From: Naegleria gruberi
Taxonomy: Eukaryota
Strand: one strand, 5' to 3'
Assembly (NCBI GenBank): GCA_000004985.1
Contig: GG738861.1
DNA: 64,000 bases
Under the pieces are notes generated by a model, which made no database searches, was not told the origin of the DNA, and saw nothing but the letters and a program-made list of their open reading frames with translations. Each line of letters starts with the position of its first letter. The stretch's first letter is position 1. A program made the translations under genes and the position numbers. This document shows positions 12,744 through 23,065 of the stretch, piece by piece.

Positions 12744-14189
12744 ATGGGACTTTTTAAATTATTATTTGGGAAAAGAGATGGTAGTAGTAGGAGTAGTAGT
12801 AGAAAAAAGAAGGCTTCCTCTTCATCTCTCTCTTCGGATCATGTAATAGATTTATTTCAAACGTTTTCATCAAGCTTTATTCATGATAACATGTTGAAAT
12901 TTTTAACTTTTGATGATGTGATGAATCTATCTCTTGTCAGCACTCAATTCAGAAGTTTGGTACTTCAGTTATATGCGGTTGGTATTCGTATAGATGACGA
13001 GGAAAAGGAAGAAGATGTGAATACTAAAAAACAAAAAAAGAAAAAGATATTCATTGACTATAGATTGTTGAGCGAGCTTCCTTTTGAAAATGTTGTTAAA
13101 GTACAAGTATTTGGAAGACCTGTAAATATACCCAAGATTAATTGGAAATGCGTTAAAAAGTTATACTTTGATGTGCATTACTATCATGAATATTACAAAG
13201 TTTCGGATATTATTAATTCTGCTTTGGAAACAAATAGAGGTACATTGAGTGATGTTTGCATTCATAATACCAAATTTCCAAATGACAAGTTAACAGTATC
13301 ACGTATTATACAAGGAGTTAACCAAGGATTTTGCATTAGAAAATTGGAAACCTCTTTGGAAACAGACTTTTTCGATTTATTGAAAAGGGATGTTGTTATC
13401 AAGTATTTATCTGTAAAGGCAAACTTCTTCTTTGAAGAGGATTTTTTAGAGGGAAATGTAGGATTGTGTAAAGTAGAGAGATTTAAATGTGCCATCACTC
13501 ATGAAAATTTGAAACATTTTAAAAAGTTAATTACATTCCCAGAGTTTCAACCTGAAGTTTTGGAATTATGTATTTCAAATCAAATTTCACATGCATTACC
13601 AGAAATTTTGAAACTTTGTAATAGAGATGTCTTTAAGAGAATTATTCTTTCTGATTTGGATGGATGTTTTGTGTGGCACACATTGTCTACACTTAAAGAA
13701 GAGGATTTACCAAAATGCGAAATTGACATGTCCTTCTGTACACCTAGAGTTGATTCCCTAACAAAATTCAAACAGAATGAAAGAATTCAATCCTTGGCCA
13801 TTGCAGTTCACGAGCAACAAGAAATTGAAAAGCTTGTTTCCACACTGTCAACTGGTTACAAAAAATTAATTCACCTAATGATAACCTGCGAGAATCCCCA
13901 TATTTATAATGATCTAGTTTCATCCATGTCTAAGTCTTTCCATTTAATACACGCCCACCAAATAGTAATGTTCAAACGATTCAACTCTCAAGGTGCCATC
14001 AATTCCAAGAAAGTTTATGAATCTTGTAACAGACTGAGGAAGTTCACCATGTTAAAAATTCAAGAAAAGGTTACAACAAGACGTTGTTCAGCTGACAATC
14101 AAGAAATTAAAATTGTTGAAGACGTTCTTCCTTCTGCTCAATGGAAACATTACAAGAAACCAACCATCAAAATCCTCAATACCAATTAA
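12744..14189 (+). CDS. Hypothetical protein with an F-box-like N-terminal motif and Ser/Lys-rich low-complexity regions
   Basis: A 1.4 kb ORF. 'MLKFLTFDDVMNLSLVSTQFRSLVL' resembles an F-box. The first ATG is at 12744 (MGLFKLL...); the ORF track begins at an upstream non-ATG codon. Confidence 0.45.
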   Translation: MGLFKLLFGKRDGSSRSSSRKKKASSSSLSSDHVIDLFQTFSSSFIHDNMLKFLTFDDVMNLSLVSTQFRSLVLQLYAVGIRIDDEEKEEDVNTKKQKKKKIFIDYRLLSELPFENVVKVQVFGRPVNIPKINWKCVKKLYFDVHYYHEYYKVSDIINSALETNRGTLSDVCIHNTKFPNDKLTVSRIIQGVNQGFCIRKLETSLETDFFDLLKRDVVIKYLSVKANFFFEEDFLEGNVGLCKVERFKCAITHENLKHFKKLITFPEFQPEVLELCISNQISHALPEILKLCNRDVFKRIILSDLDGCFVWHTLSTLKEEDLPKCEIDMSFCTPRVDSLTKFKQNERIQSLAIAVHEQQEIEKLVSTLSTGYKKLIHLMITCENPHIYNDLVSSMSKSFHLIHAHQIVMFKRFNSQGAINSKKVYESCNRLRKFTMLKIQEKVTTRRCSADNQEIKIVEDVLPSAQWKHYKKPTIKILNTN

Positions 14190-14363
14190 TTCCTAACCAG
14201 CCAATTCATTCCACCAATTTTATCCAACCCAATTTTGCTCCAATTTTTCAAAAATATTTATTTTAAATCATTACAAAATAACAAGATGATATTAATAAAT
14301 TGTAAAAGGTATAGACTTGCTAATACCAAAATAATTAATAATAATTAATTTTCAATTTAATAT

Positions 14364-15779
14364 TTAAAATAAAATTACAATAATGGCAAAAAGTGAAACC
14401 AATAATAACTTGAAACTGAAAGTTGTTTGACCATTAGCATCAGATCTTCTTGGAAGAAGTACATCAATATTTTCAAATGAACTTTCAGTTGAAATCTTGA
14501 ATCCATTCATTGAATTAATTGTCGATGATTGTCCAACATTCTTCCAAACTCTGTGTTGACATGTGTAATATCTTTCATAATATCTCTTACAAGATCTGTA
14601 AATACTACTATCCTCATCTACATATTGAGCATACCCCAAGCCAGGAGTTAATGAACTTGCCAATGGAGTTCCAATATACAATCCCTTATTATATAAACAA
14701 CTAATGACATCATAGAGTGGTCCTGCACAACTTGGCAAACATTTTCCCTTATTATTTCCATTACTGGCCTTGCCACCACAGACACAACCACCTGATAGGC
14801 TATTGCAAGAAGTGGAATTGTAACAAGTATCTCCATTATCGAGTGTAACATCTTGACAGGTTTTTGTATCCTTATTACAATAACCTGAATAACATTCAGT
14901 GTTATTTTGACAGGTAGATCCTTTCAATCCTGCTAATAATCTTTTACATTTGTTATTGGAACATGTTACCAATCCTGAATTTGTATTTCCACAATCAGAA
15001 TCTTCTCTACAATAATCACCAAAATCAGCAAATCTTTGACAGATGGCATCATTTGAATCCTTACTCTTTCTACAGGAATAACCAGTTTGACAACTGCTTG
15101 TTTCATTACATTTAGCTTCTAATCTAATCGAATTAATGCAAATTGAGTCTTCTCCACAATAAAAAGAAGCTTGACAAACTCTATATTCCTTAAATGGATT
15201 AAAAACTCGAGTACAATTTTCATCCTTGCTAACCATTGGAGTTTTTAAACAAGAACCCAAAACACAGGAAGCTCCAAATTCACACGAGTAATACAATCCT
15301 TCATTATTATCAACATCTCCACATTTTTCACCAATTTTCTTTGTAAACTTTACCTTATAAGGTTTACATTTGCTATCTTTACAATAAAGACCTCCTTTCT
15401 TAACAGAAGCTTTTGTTGTAACACATTGTTCATGTTGCGAACATGAATCTCCTTCAACTCTATCAGCACTATAACACTTATTGTAAACACATTTCATATA
15501 ACCGAATTTACAATCAGAATCTTTGGAGCAATTTGTGTTCATGATTTTATCATAAACTGTTTGGAATGGTTGGCAACCATTTCCATCGTTAATAAAGGAA
15601 ATTGGACAAGCAACATTTGTGGTACTTTCTTTTTCATCAATGTACAGAGATTGACATGTTTGTTGGAATGTGACAAGTGGCAGGAGAAGAAAGACAGCAC
15701 AGGTGAGACAGATCGTTAGAAGATTTAGCTGTTTGGAAGAGTAATTGTAAGAAACAAGATGATGGTGTGGTTGTTGCAT
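14364..15779 (-). CDS. Cysteine-rich secreted protein with a C-terminal hydrophobic (GPI-signal-like) tail
   Basis: 471 aa with about 60 Cys in repeated CxxxC/CxC patterns. There is an N-terminal hydrophobic segment. It ends '...FKLLLVSLFAIIVILF'. Confidence 0.55.
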   Translation of the reverse strand: MQQPHHHLVSYNYSSKQLNLLTICLTCAVFLLLPLVTFQQTCQSLYIDEKESTTNVACPISFINDGNGCQPFQTVYDKIMNTNCSKDSDCKFGYMKCVYNKCYSADRVEGDSCSQHEQCVTTKASVKKGGLYCKDSKCKPYKVKFTKKIGEKCGDVDNNEGLYYSCEFGASCVLGSCLKTPMVSKDENCTRVFNPFKEYRVCQASFYCGEDSICINSIRLEAKCNETSSCQTGYSCRKSKDSNDAICQRFADFGDYCREDSDCGNTNSGLVTCSNNKCKRLLAGLKGSTCQNNTECYSGYCNKDTKTCQDVTLDNGDTCYNSTSCNSLSGGCVCGGKASNGNNKGKCLPSCAGPLYDVISCLYNKGLYIGTPLASSLTPGLGYAQYVDEDSSIYRSCKRYYERYYTCQHRVWKNVGQSSTINSMNGFKISTESSFENIDVLLPRRSDANGQTTFSFKLLLVSLFAIIVILF

Positions 15780-16390
15780 TTTGTTTATCTTGTAAAAGAT
15801 GAATGTGGACGAAACTTTGATTCTATTGGAACGAATGTCATTGAAATGTCAAGAATGAACTTGATTTTACCATTAAAACATGCGGAAACTGGAGGTTCCA
15901 GTGAGTGTAATTTATGTTACCATTACAACAACAAACTTTCCCTGTCACTTTTCACTTTTTGAATACATTTTTGTTGAACTACAGTTTTACCACAAATTCC
16001 TTACATTCCAATGAATCTTCTTCCTTAGATCTATCCACAAATTATTAAATTTAATATTTCTCACTATCAAAAGAAGTAATTTAGTCAAAAACTCTCCAAA
16101 GTCTTTAAAAGAGCGCCAAATTTTTTTTTCTCTTCATTTGCCGTGGGAGGACCTTTTACGGACATTTTCATCACCCAAAAAAATCACAAAAAAAAATAAT
16201 TAAATTCAATACCTTTGAAAAAACCCTTTTTGATTTTGAAAAGATCATCATCATACGGAATCAACAACAACAAGAAAAAAAATACTACCACCGATACACT
16301 TTGTTTTAAAATAGTATCATCATCATTAGCTTGATTTTTTTATTGTATATGATATAATAATATTTATTAATCTATTTTGTAATTAGAAAA

Positions 16391-18022
16391 ATGTCAATGC
16401 ATCCGAGTCATAGTGGAAATCATTTAAATGTTCCTGCTGGAAATGATGGAATGACCAGAGTTAAATCTATTGAATTTTTACATTTGGGATATGAACAACA
16501 AACTCCTCAATCATTATTTCACAATTTGAGACAACCTGTTCATAAACATGAACCACAAGCGCACTATAATCATTCTGAATGGGTTGCTAGTTTACAACCA
16601 ATTTTTGAGAATTATTTCCATGCTGAATTACATTTAATCAAAGATCAGGAATCACATTTGAAAAATACTGTGAGAAGAATTGTAAAGAAAATTTCTGAAA
16701 AGAATGAAAAGGGAGAATCATTCTTTGTTGTTGATTTGTCACATATTGTGAGACAGATTGAGAGATGGAGAAAGGCAATGACAATCTATCCAAAGGATCA
16801 ACAAAAGATTGAAATTGATGATCGTGGTGTGAGACCTTTCTATGCTGTGAAATGTAATCCAAATGAAAATATTGTAAAGGTTTTGTACATGATGGGATGT
16901 GGATTTGATTGTGCCAGTGAGGCTGAAATTGCACTCGTTTGTGAGACTTGTAAAGAAGTTGATACTTGGTTGGAAAATAATCAACAATTCTATGAAAGTT
17001 TGACAATTGTTAATCCAGATCCTTCATTGGAACAAATTAAGAATAGAAGATTTGTTCCTGGACGTGATATCATATTTGCTCATCCATGTAAACAAATTTC
17101 ACACATGGAATATGCTGCAAAAGTTGGTGTTGAGCTTACTACGCTCGATTCCGTTTGTGAAATTGAAAAGATTGCAGAACATTGGAAGGCTGCCAAGTGT
17201 GTAATCAGAATCAAGACTGATGATTCACATGCAACTGTTGGTTTCTCTGCCAAATTTGGCTGTAGTAAGTTTGGTCAAACTATTCTCCTCGAAAAAGCAA
17301 AAGCTCTTGGTGTTAATATTTATGGAATTTCATTCCACGTTGGAACCAATTGCTCAGATACAAATTCCTATAAGAAGGCCCTTCAAGATGCTGCAGAGCT
17401 TGCAAAACTTGCAATCAAATATGGATACAAGCTCTCTTTGATTGATATTGGAGGAGGTTTCATGGGTAGAATTAATGATGAAAATCCAATGGAAACTGTA
17501 GCCTCTCAAATCGTTCCTGAAATTCAAAAACTCTTCTTGAGAGATGAATCAACCAATGCAGACGATTCAATCATTGATCCAAAGACTATCAAATTAATTG
17601 CAGAGCCAGGTCGTTACATTGTCAGTGCTTCACATACCCTTGTCTGCAATGTTCACACTGTTAAGGATATGAGATTGGAGAATGAGCAATTGAAGAAGGA
17701 AGGCATTCCAACACCTGACGATTTTATCTATTACCTCAATGATGGAATTTATGGCTCTTTTAATAATATTGTCTTTGACTATGTCCACTTAGTTGTAAAT
17801 ATGATCATGTCCAAGTCAACCAAACATGAAAAGAAGTATGCATCTACCTTGTTCGGGCCTACATGTGATTCATTAGACTGTTTGAGTAGAGGATATCCAT
17901 TACCTGAGCTACATGCAGGAGATTATTTGTTTTTCAATAATTTTGGAGCTTACACAACTGCAGCTGCCTCAGATTTCAATGGTATGAGAACCAAAAGAAT
18001 GTTTTACATTTGGAGAAACTAA
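16391..18022 (+). CDS. odc: Ornithine decarboxylase (PLP-dependent, fold type III)
   Basis: 'PFYAVKCNPN' contains the PLP-binding Lys. 'IDIGGGF' is the glycine loop. 'GAEPGRY' and 'FGPTCDSLD' (substrate Cys) are present. About 100 aa of N-terminal extension is low-complexity. Confidence 0.9.
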   Translation: MSMHPSHSGNHLNVPAGNDGMTRVKSIEFLHLGYEQQTPQSLFHNLRQPVHKHEPQAHYNHSEWVASLQPIFENYFHAELHLIKDQESHLKNTVRRIVKKISEKNEKGESFFVVDLSHIVRQIERWRKAMTIYPKDQQKIEIDDRGVRPFYAVKCNPNENIVKVLYMMGCGFDCASEAEIALVCETCKEVDTWLENNQQFYESLTIVNPDPSLEQIKNRRFVPGRDIIFAHPCKQISHMEYAAKVGVELTTLDSVCEIEKIAEHWKAAKCVIRIKTDDSHATVGFSAKFGCSKFGQTILLEKAKALGVNIYGISFHVGTNCSDTNSYKKALQDAAELAKLAIKYGYKLSLIDIGGGFMGRINDENPMETVASQIVPEIQKLFLRDESTNADDSIIDPKTIKLIAEPGRYIVSASHTLVCNVHTVKDMRLENEQLKKEGIPTPDDFIYYLNDGIYGSFNNIVFDYVHLVVNMIMSKSTKHEKKYASTLFGPTCDSLDCLSRGYPLPELHAGDYLFFNNFGAYTTAAASDFNGMRTKRMFYIWRN

Positions 18023-18092
18023 ATCTATAGATCCATAAAATTATGGATCACCTATTAAAGTCTTTATTCCAAGCAATTGCCCACACAAATTA

Positions 18093-20219
18093 TTAATTAT
18101 TGAAATTCCTAGCGATTCTTGGCATAAAATTTTTCATTGTGTTTGCTAAAAACTGAGCTGATGGTAAATCTCTCTTTCTCTGATCATCTGCAGAGGTTGT
18201 TGCAGTTGAAGAGCTTTCATGACTTGATGTTGGAAGAGAGGATGCTTGATCATTTGTTGAGGAAGAAATGGAGTCTAAGGGAGGACCACAATTTGGTGGT
18301 GAAATGTTGACAACGAGAGCTTCAATTGCATTCATAATAGGTCCATAAACTTTGGTTGTTCTTCCATATTTTGAGGAAAAGTGTTTTAGTCCTCTCATAT
18401 CTCTATCCAAGGAATTGAGAATATTTGTTTTAATCAGAGGTACATTTGAAATTTCATTATCAAAAAATAATTCGAAATGTACTTGGGCTGCCAGAGCAAA
18501 TGCAAATATAAAACTTGATAACATGCCTGGGAAATAGGGATTATCAACAATTTCACTAATTTCATCCGCATATTTGAGCATTTCCAATTTCACAAATCGT
18601 TTGTCCTTTGGATTCTTTGCGAGGACCACTCTTAATGCTTCAAGTCTGTGTAAAGCAACATTGAGTTTGTCCATCATTAGACCTATTTGTACATATTCTG
18701 GAACATGTGATCTTCCTTTGTGGCTCTTCTTCATTAAAATGTGTAAATCATCCAATACAGACATTTGCTGCGCAAAAGTAAATTCATTAAGGTCCGCATC
18801 AAGTATTTCAACAAAATTCTGTGGTAATTCATTTCCTGTTGCTATTTTGTAAGACACTGCAACTAGATTGCTATATTTTTGGCCCTTATTCCAATCCAAT
18901 CTATTGTCATAGAAAAATATACTCGTAACTCCTCTCTTCTTATCTAAATTATTTACAATAAAATGTTCGCTATTTCCAAAACATGGCAAACCTCGAGCAA
19001 TTTGTCGTGCTCTTCTTTTAAAATACTGGTCAACCAGTGTTAAATAATTACTCGAAAGTTCATCCTCTCCCTCTCCAGCTAAAAAGAATGAAATATAATT
19101 ACATGTGCAGGCAACAGCAAATGATTCCAAATCATCATAAATTTTCCCTAAATACTTTTTACACTCGTTAAATGCTTCAATGGCTTTGTCTCTTCTGCCC
19201 ATGCTGCAGAGTTTTGAAATTTCAATACTTTGTAATGGCTTAACAACTTACTATTGGTCACACAGAGCCTGAATTGAGTAAAAAAGTGAAAGACTATATT
19301 CATTATCATCTAATTCTTCCGTTCCATTTCGAAAAAACAAATCCTCCATTCTCGTTTGTTGCATAGTTGACATTCCCATTGACAACTTTCTATAATAAAT
19401 ATCTACAGTTTGTTTTTTTACAGAATTCTTTACAAAAGTATGAGCCCATTGTGTTTGTGGTTCCATATTTTGATTCCAAATCATTAAATATTTCAAATTA
19501 TCCTCAATTTTATCTGAATGATGATCTTTATCCTTCTTATTCTTTCTAATATATTGTTTGTTCTTTCCTGGTGTATATTTACATTCCCGTCCATAGGTCA
19601 CACATTCTGTGCATTTCGGTTGTTTTTTATCACATTTCCTGTGCAGTTTTCTGCAACCAACACAACTCAGTGTTGGTTTAAATTCGCCATCATGATTCGT
19701 TCGACTTTGACTAGAATTAGATATTGATAATGGTACCACAGCAGTAGCAGTAGTACTACTATTCGTTTCATTATTACTATTTTCGTCCAACATTGTCATT
19801 GATCCAACAATATTACTATTATGACTAACAAGTAAAACTCTTTCCGAAGGCAAGGCTTCAACACTTTCTAGCCTATTTTCCTTTGATTTTTCCATATTCA
19901 TCATCATCACACCATCACCAGAGCATGTTGATATTAATTGATGATCACAACTAGTACTACCTACTACTCCATCATGATATTGCCGTTGCTGTTGATATGA
20001 ATGTTGTTGTTGTTGATGAAATTTGTTATTCGGGTGTGGTGTTGATGCTCTGTTGAGGTCTTTGGGCATTTTTCTTGAGATTTGAACCACAGCACAAGCG
20101 GTGTTTGAAAGGAGATTGAGAATTTGCTGAAACATTGTAATGTTTATTAACATTGAACAAGTTGATTGATTGGATAGGTTCTTGGATAAGAGGTTAATAA
20201 GGCAATTGCCTCTTTTCAT
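18093..20219 (-). CDS. Zn(II)2Cys6 (fungal-type) binuclear-cluster transcription factor. Two exons: ~20130-19252 and 19203-18093
   Basis: 'CVGCRKLHRKCDKKQPKCTECVTYGRECKY' fits CX2CX6CX5-6CX2CX6-8C. A 48-nt GTAAGT...CTGCAG intron joins in frame to a downstream region resembling the fungal transcription-factor middle-homology domain. The true start is uncertain; the ORF-track ATG overlaps the stop of the neighbouring gene. Confidence 0.6.
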
Positions 20220-21709
20220 TCCTCCTCAATTGATTCTATGATTCTTAACTTATTCGCAGTGGTTTCAACATTGGCAAACGGAAGATCAACCTCCAAATTG
20301 GCTGGAAAATTGGTATTCTTCTTAATGAGGTGGATTCCACTCACTGAAATCTTGGTTCTATAAATGTCTAAATAGGTGAGCTTGGTGAGAGTTGTAGAAT
20401 TGGCAAAGTCCTGCGCTGTATCATCGTCAAGAGTTGAATTTCTACTAATTCTCAAATCGTTCAAGTTTTGATAGGTATCAGATTCTGTAATGATTTTTGC
20501 TGAACTCGTCTTGATACGTGTATTGTCTAAATCTAAGGATTCCACACTGCTTAAATCACACTTTTGGAATAGGGTCGATCCATAGTAGGAAATAGTGTTA
20601 TCTGCAATGGAAAATGTGTGAAGATTCTTTAACCATTTACATTGTATCATGGCATCATATCCTTCACTTGTCCCACCCATCTTATTCTTGGAAATATTAA
20701 GGCTTCTCAACTTAGAAAGGTGAGAACTTTCGAATATAGCTTTAGCTCCTTCGTCCATTATTTCATTGAAACCAATGTTTAGTTCTGTGAGATGCGATAA
20801 ATCTTCACAATTGGCAATGTATTTTGCTCCTTCAGTACCAATACTATTTCTACACAATCCAAGTGTTCTAAGATTCTTGAGTTTACCACTTTCACACAAA
20901 TCCTTAATACCACTTGTTTCAATGCCACACCAATACATTTCTAAAAAAGTTAAATTGTTGAGATAGGGACTATTGGCTAAACATGTAGCTCCTGTTGAGA
21001 GCAAGTGTGTTTGTGCAAGATCCAATGTTACCAAATTTGACATATTTTCACTGCTGGCAATTATTTCTAAACCTTCACTTTCAATAAACGTCTCTGCAAG
21101 CTTTAAACATTTCAATTTAGGACAATTATCGACAATCACTCTAATTGTGTCCTTAGAGAGAATATTTCTACTCAAGACTAAAGTTTCCAAGTTTGGAACA
21201 TTTTTAAAACCATTCACTGTACTGTCACTCTTCAAGCTATTGTAATACAGATTCAGATACTTGAGATGAGATACATTAGGAGTTGACAAAAATGCGTCCA
21301 ATCCACTGTTATTAATACTAGATTTCCCAATTGTTAAATATTGTAATCTAGTCAACTTGCTTTCACCAATGAGTGAAATTTCATCCTTCAAACTAGTTCT
21401 CTTTTCAATGTGCAAACTAGTAAAACAATTTGCAAAACTACTATTCAACCTCTTTTTCAGAGTGACAGGACCACATGAAGACCAGCTATTTGTATTCAAA
21501 ACCAAGTTTAAATTACCACACACAATCAACCATTGCTTTGAAACGAGAATACATCGACGTAAAATTTGAGCATTTGGTAAATAGGAGAGAATGATTGTGA
21601 TCATCTCATCCGGAAGATAGAATGGTTCGTTGCCTGATGACAACAAGTCGGTGTTGGCTTTGGTTTTCTTTTCATTTTTTTGATCTCCGAAGGTTTGTTT
21701 TCTTTTCAT
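20216..21709 (-). CDS. F-box / RNI-type leucine-rich-repeat protein
   Basis: F-box 'LPDEMITIILSYLPNAQILRRCILVSKQW' followed by about 14 repeats of the type 'L..L.L..N.IG.EGAK.I'. The ORF-track start is GTG; the first ATG is at 21709 (MKRKQ...). Confidence 0.65.
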   Translation of the reverse strand: MKRKQTFGDQKNEKKTKANTDLLSSGNEPFYLPDEMITIILSYLPNAQILRRCILVSKQWLIVCGNLNLVLNTNSWSSCGPVTLKKRLNSSFANCFTSLHIEKRTSLKDEISLIGESKLTRLQYLTIGKSSINNSGLDAFLSTPNVSHLKYLNLYYNSLKSDSTVNGFKNVPNLETLVLSRNILSKDTIRVIVDNCPKLKCLKLAETFIESEGLEIIASSENMSNLVTLDLAQTHLLSTGATCLANSPYLNNLTFLEMYWCGIETSGIKDLCESGKLKNLRTLGLCRNSIGTEGAKYIANCEDLSHLTELNIGFNEIMDEGAKAIFESSHLSKLRSLNISKNKMGGTSEGYDAMIQCKWLKNLHTFSIADNTISYYGSTLFQKCDLSSVESLDLDNTRIKTSSAKIITESDTYQNLNDLRISRNSTLDDDTAQDFANSTTLTKLTYLDIYRTKISVSGIHLIKKNTNFPANLEVDLPFANVETTANKLRIIESIEEE

Positions 21710-22150
21710 TTTTTTAGATGGTGTTGATTCATTTTTTCTAATTTTTATTAGAAGTTTAAAATTTATTGCAAATATTAAATATTTGACTGATACATTGCAA
21801 GAATGAAAAGTGATAATTTTGCCGATGAATTGGTGGAAAATTCTTTCATCAACCGTAAGAATTCTAAGGCACGGCACTAGCACTCACACAAGGAGCAACT
21901 TAAGCTAATAATTGTTGTGTTCGATTTTAGAATACAAGTGCTTGACTTGCACATTTCCAATGTTTTCGTTCTGGCATGGTATTTGTGGTGCTACTACTGT
22001 GAGGAAAGAATCAATTTTTTGGATGTAAATTGTATTTTAAACGCAAATGAATTAAGAATGTTCTTCAAGGGTTGGACACAATTTGTACTACTAAAACTTT
22101 ATAATGATTGGACCAATTATTGCGAAATATGGATCTCAAATATGTTACAA

Positions 22151-23005
22151 CTATGTTATTTCTTTTGTTTTAAAGGTCTGCTCAATTTGATTCAATTCAC
22201 TTCTGATATTATTTGAGTTTGTAAATTGAACTCCAAAATCATCTCTATTGAAATAGCTCTGAGTAACTTGAAAAATACAAGTCATGGGAGGTTTGAAACT
22301 TTCCTTGAAATCCTTCATTGAAAATTGCATTGATTCCAACTCCAATTCATACTTGACAGATAACAGTACTATCGAATAGGTTGAGATTTCATATTGAACT
22401 AAAAAATGTGAAATATCTGATTGAAGAATGTCTTCATTGAGGCGATTGGTTGCAATTCTTTTTGGAATTAGTAAATGATGAATTTTCTTTGTGTTTTCCT
22501 GTAGTAAATTTTCATTAGAAATGAATAGCAAATTAAGATTATACTCTTTGGATTTCTTATTTAGGAAATTAAGGAAACTTTCTGGAAGAGATTCTTGGTT
22601 TCCAATAATTCTAGTGACTAGTACTAGTTTATCAGTATCTTTTACAAATTCTGATTTTCTGATATCCAAATTAGCATTTTCCACTTTCAAATTATCTTCA
22701 GTAGTTGTAGATTGTGTTGCAATTACAGAGCTTTCACAATTATTCACAAAATTATTATTCGAATCGGAATTTACAATATTAAAATAATGATATGGGAGAT
22801 ATAGAGCAATTACTCCAATCAAGATGATAAATAAATTCGGTACTATTGCTGATAAATTGATTTTTGAGTTATTGTTTCGTCTAAAATGTTTCTTCCGAAC
22901 ATATAAAATCATCTCCCTCCTTTCCAATAAATCATCTGAATCTTCTGAATCTTCTGAAACGTGATGACTCACTTGCTGCTTCCTCAAAGTCCCATACGCA
23001 CGCAT
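22151..23005 (-). CDS. Hypothetical membrane protein
   Basis: An 855-nt ORF starting at ATG. One clear TM helix (LFIILIGVIALYLPYHYF). No recognisable domain. Confidence 0.4.
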   Translation of the reverse strand: MRAYGTLRKQQVSHHVSEDSEDSDDLLERREMILYVRKKHFRRNNNSKINLSAIVPNLFIILIGVIALYLPYHYFNIVNSDSNNNFVNNCESSVIATQSTTTEDNLKVENANLDIRKSEFVKDTDKLVLVTRIIGNQESLPESFLNFLNKKSKEYNLNLLFISNENLLQENTKKIHHLLIPKRIATNRLNEDILQSDISHFLVQYEISTYSIVLLSVKYELELESMQFSMKDFKESFKPPMTCIFQVTQSYFNRDDFGVQFTNSNNIRSELNQIEQTFKTKEIT

Positions 23006-23065
23006 AGATGTAAAGTATTTTTTTTTAAATTTAATTTTAAATCAAAATTTAATTTAATTTGAAAT

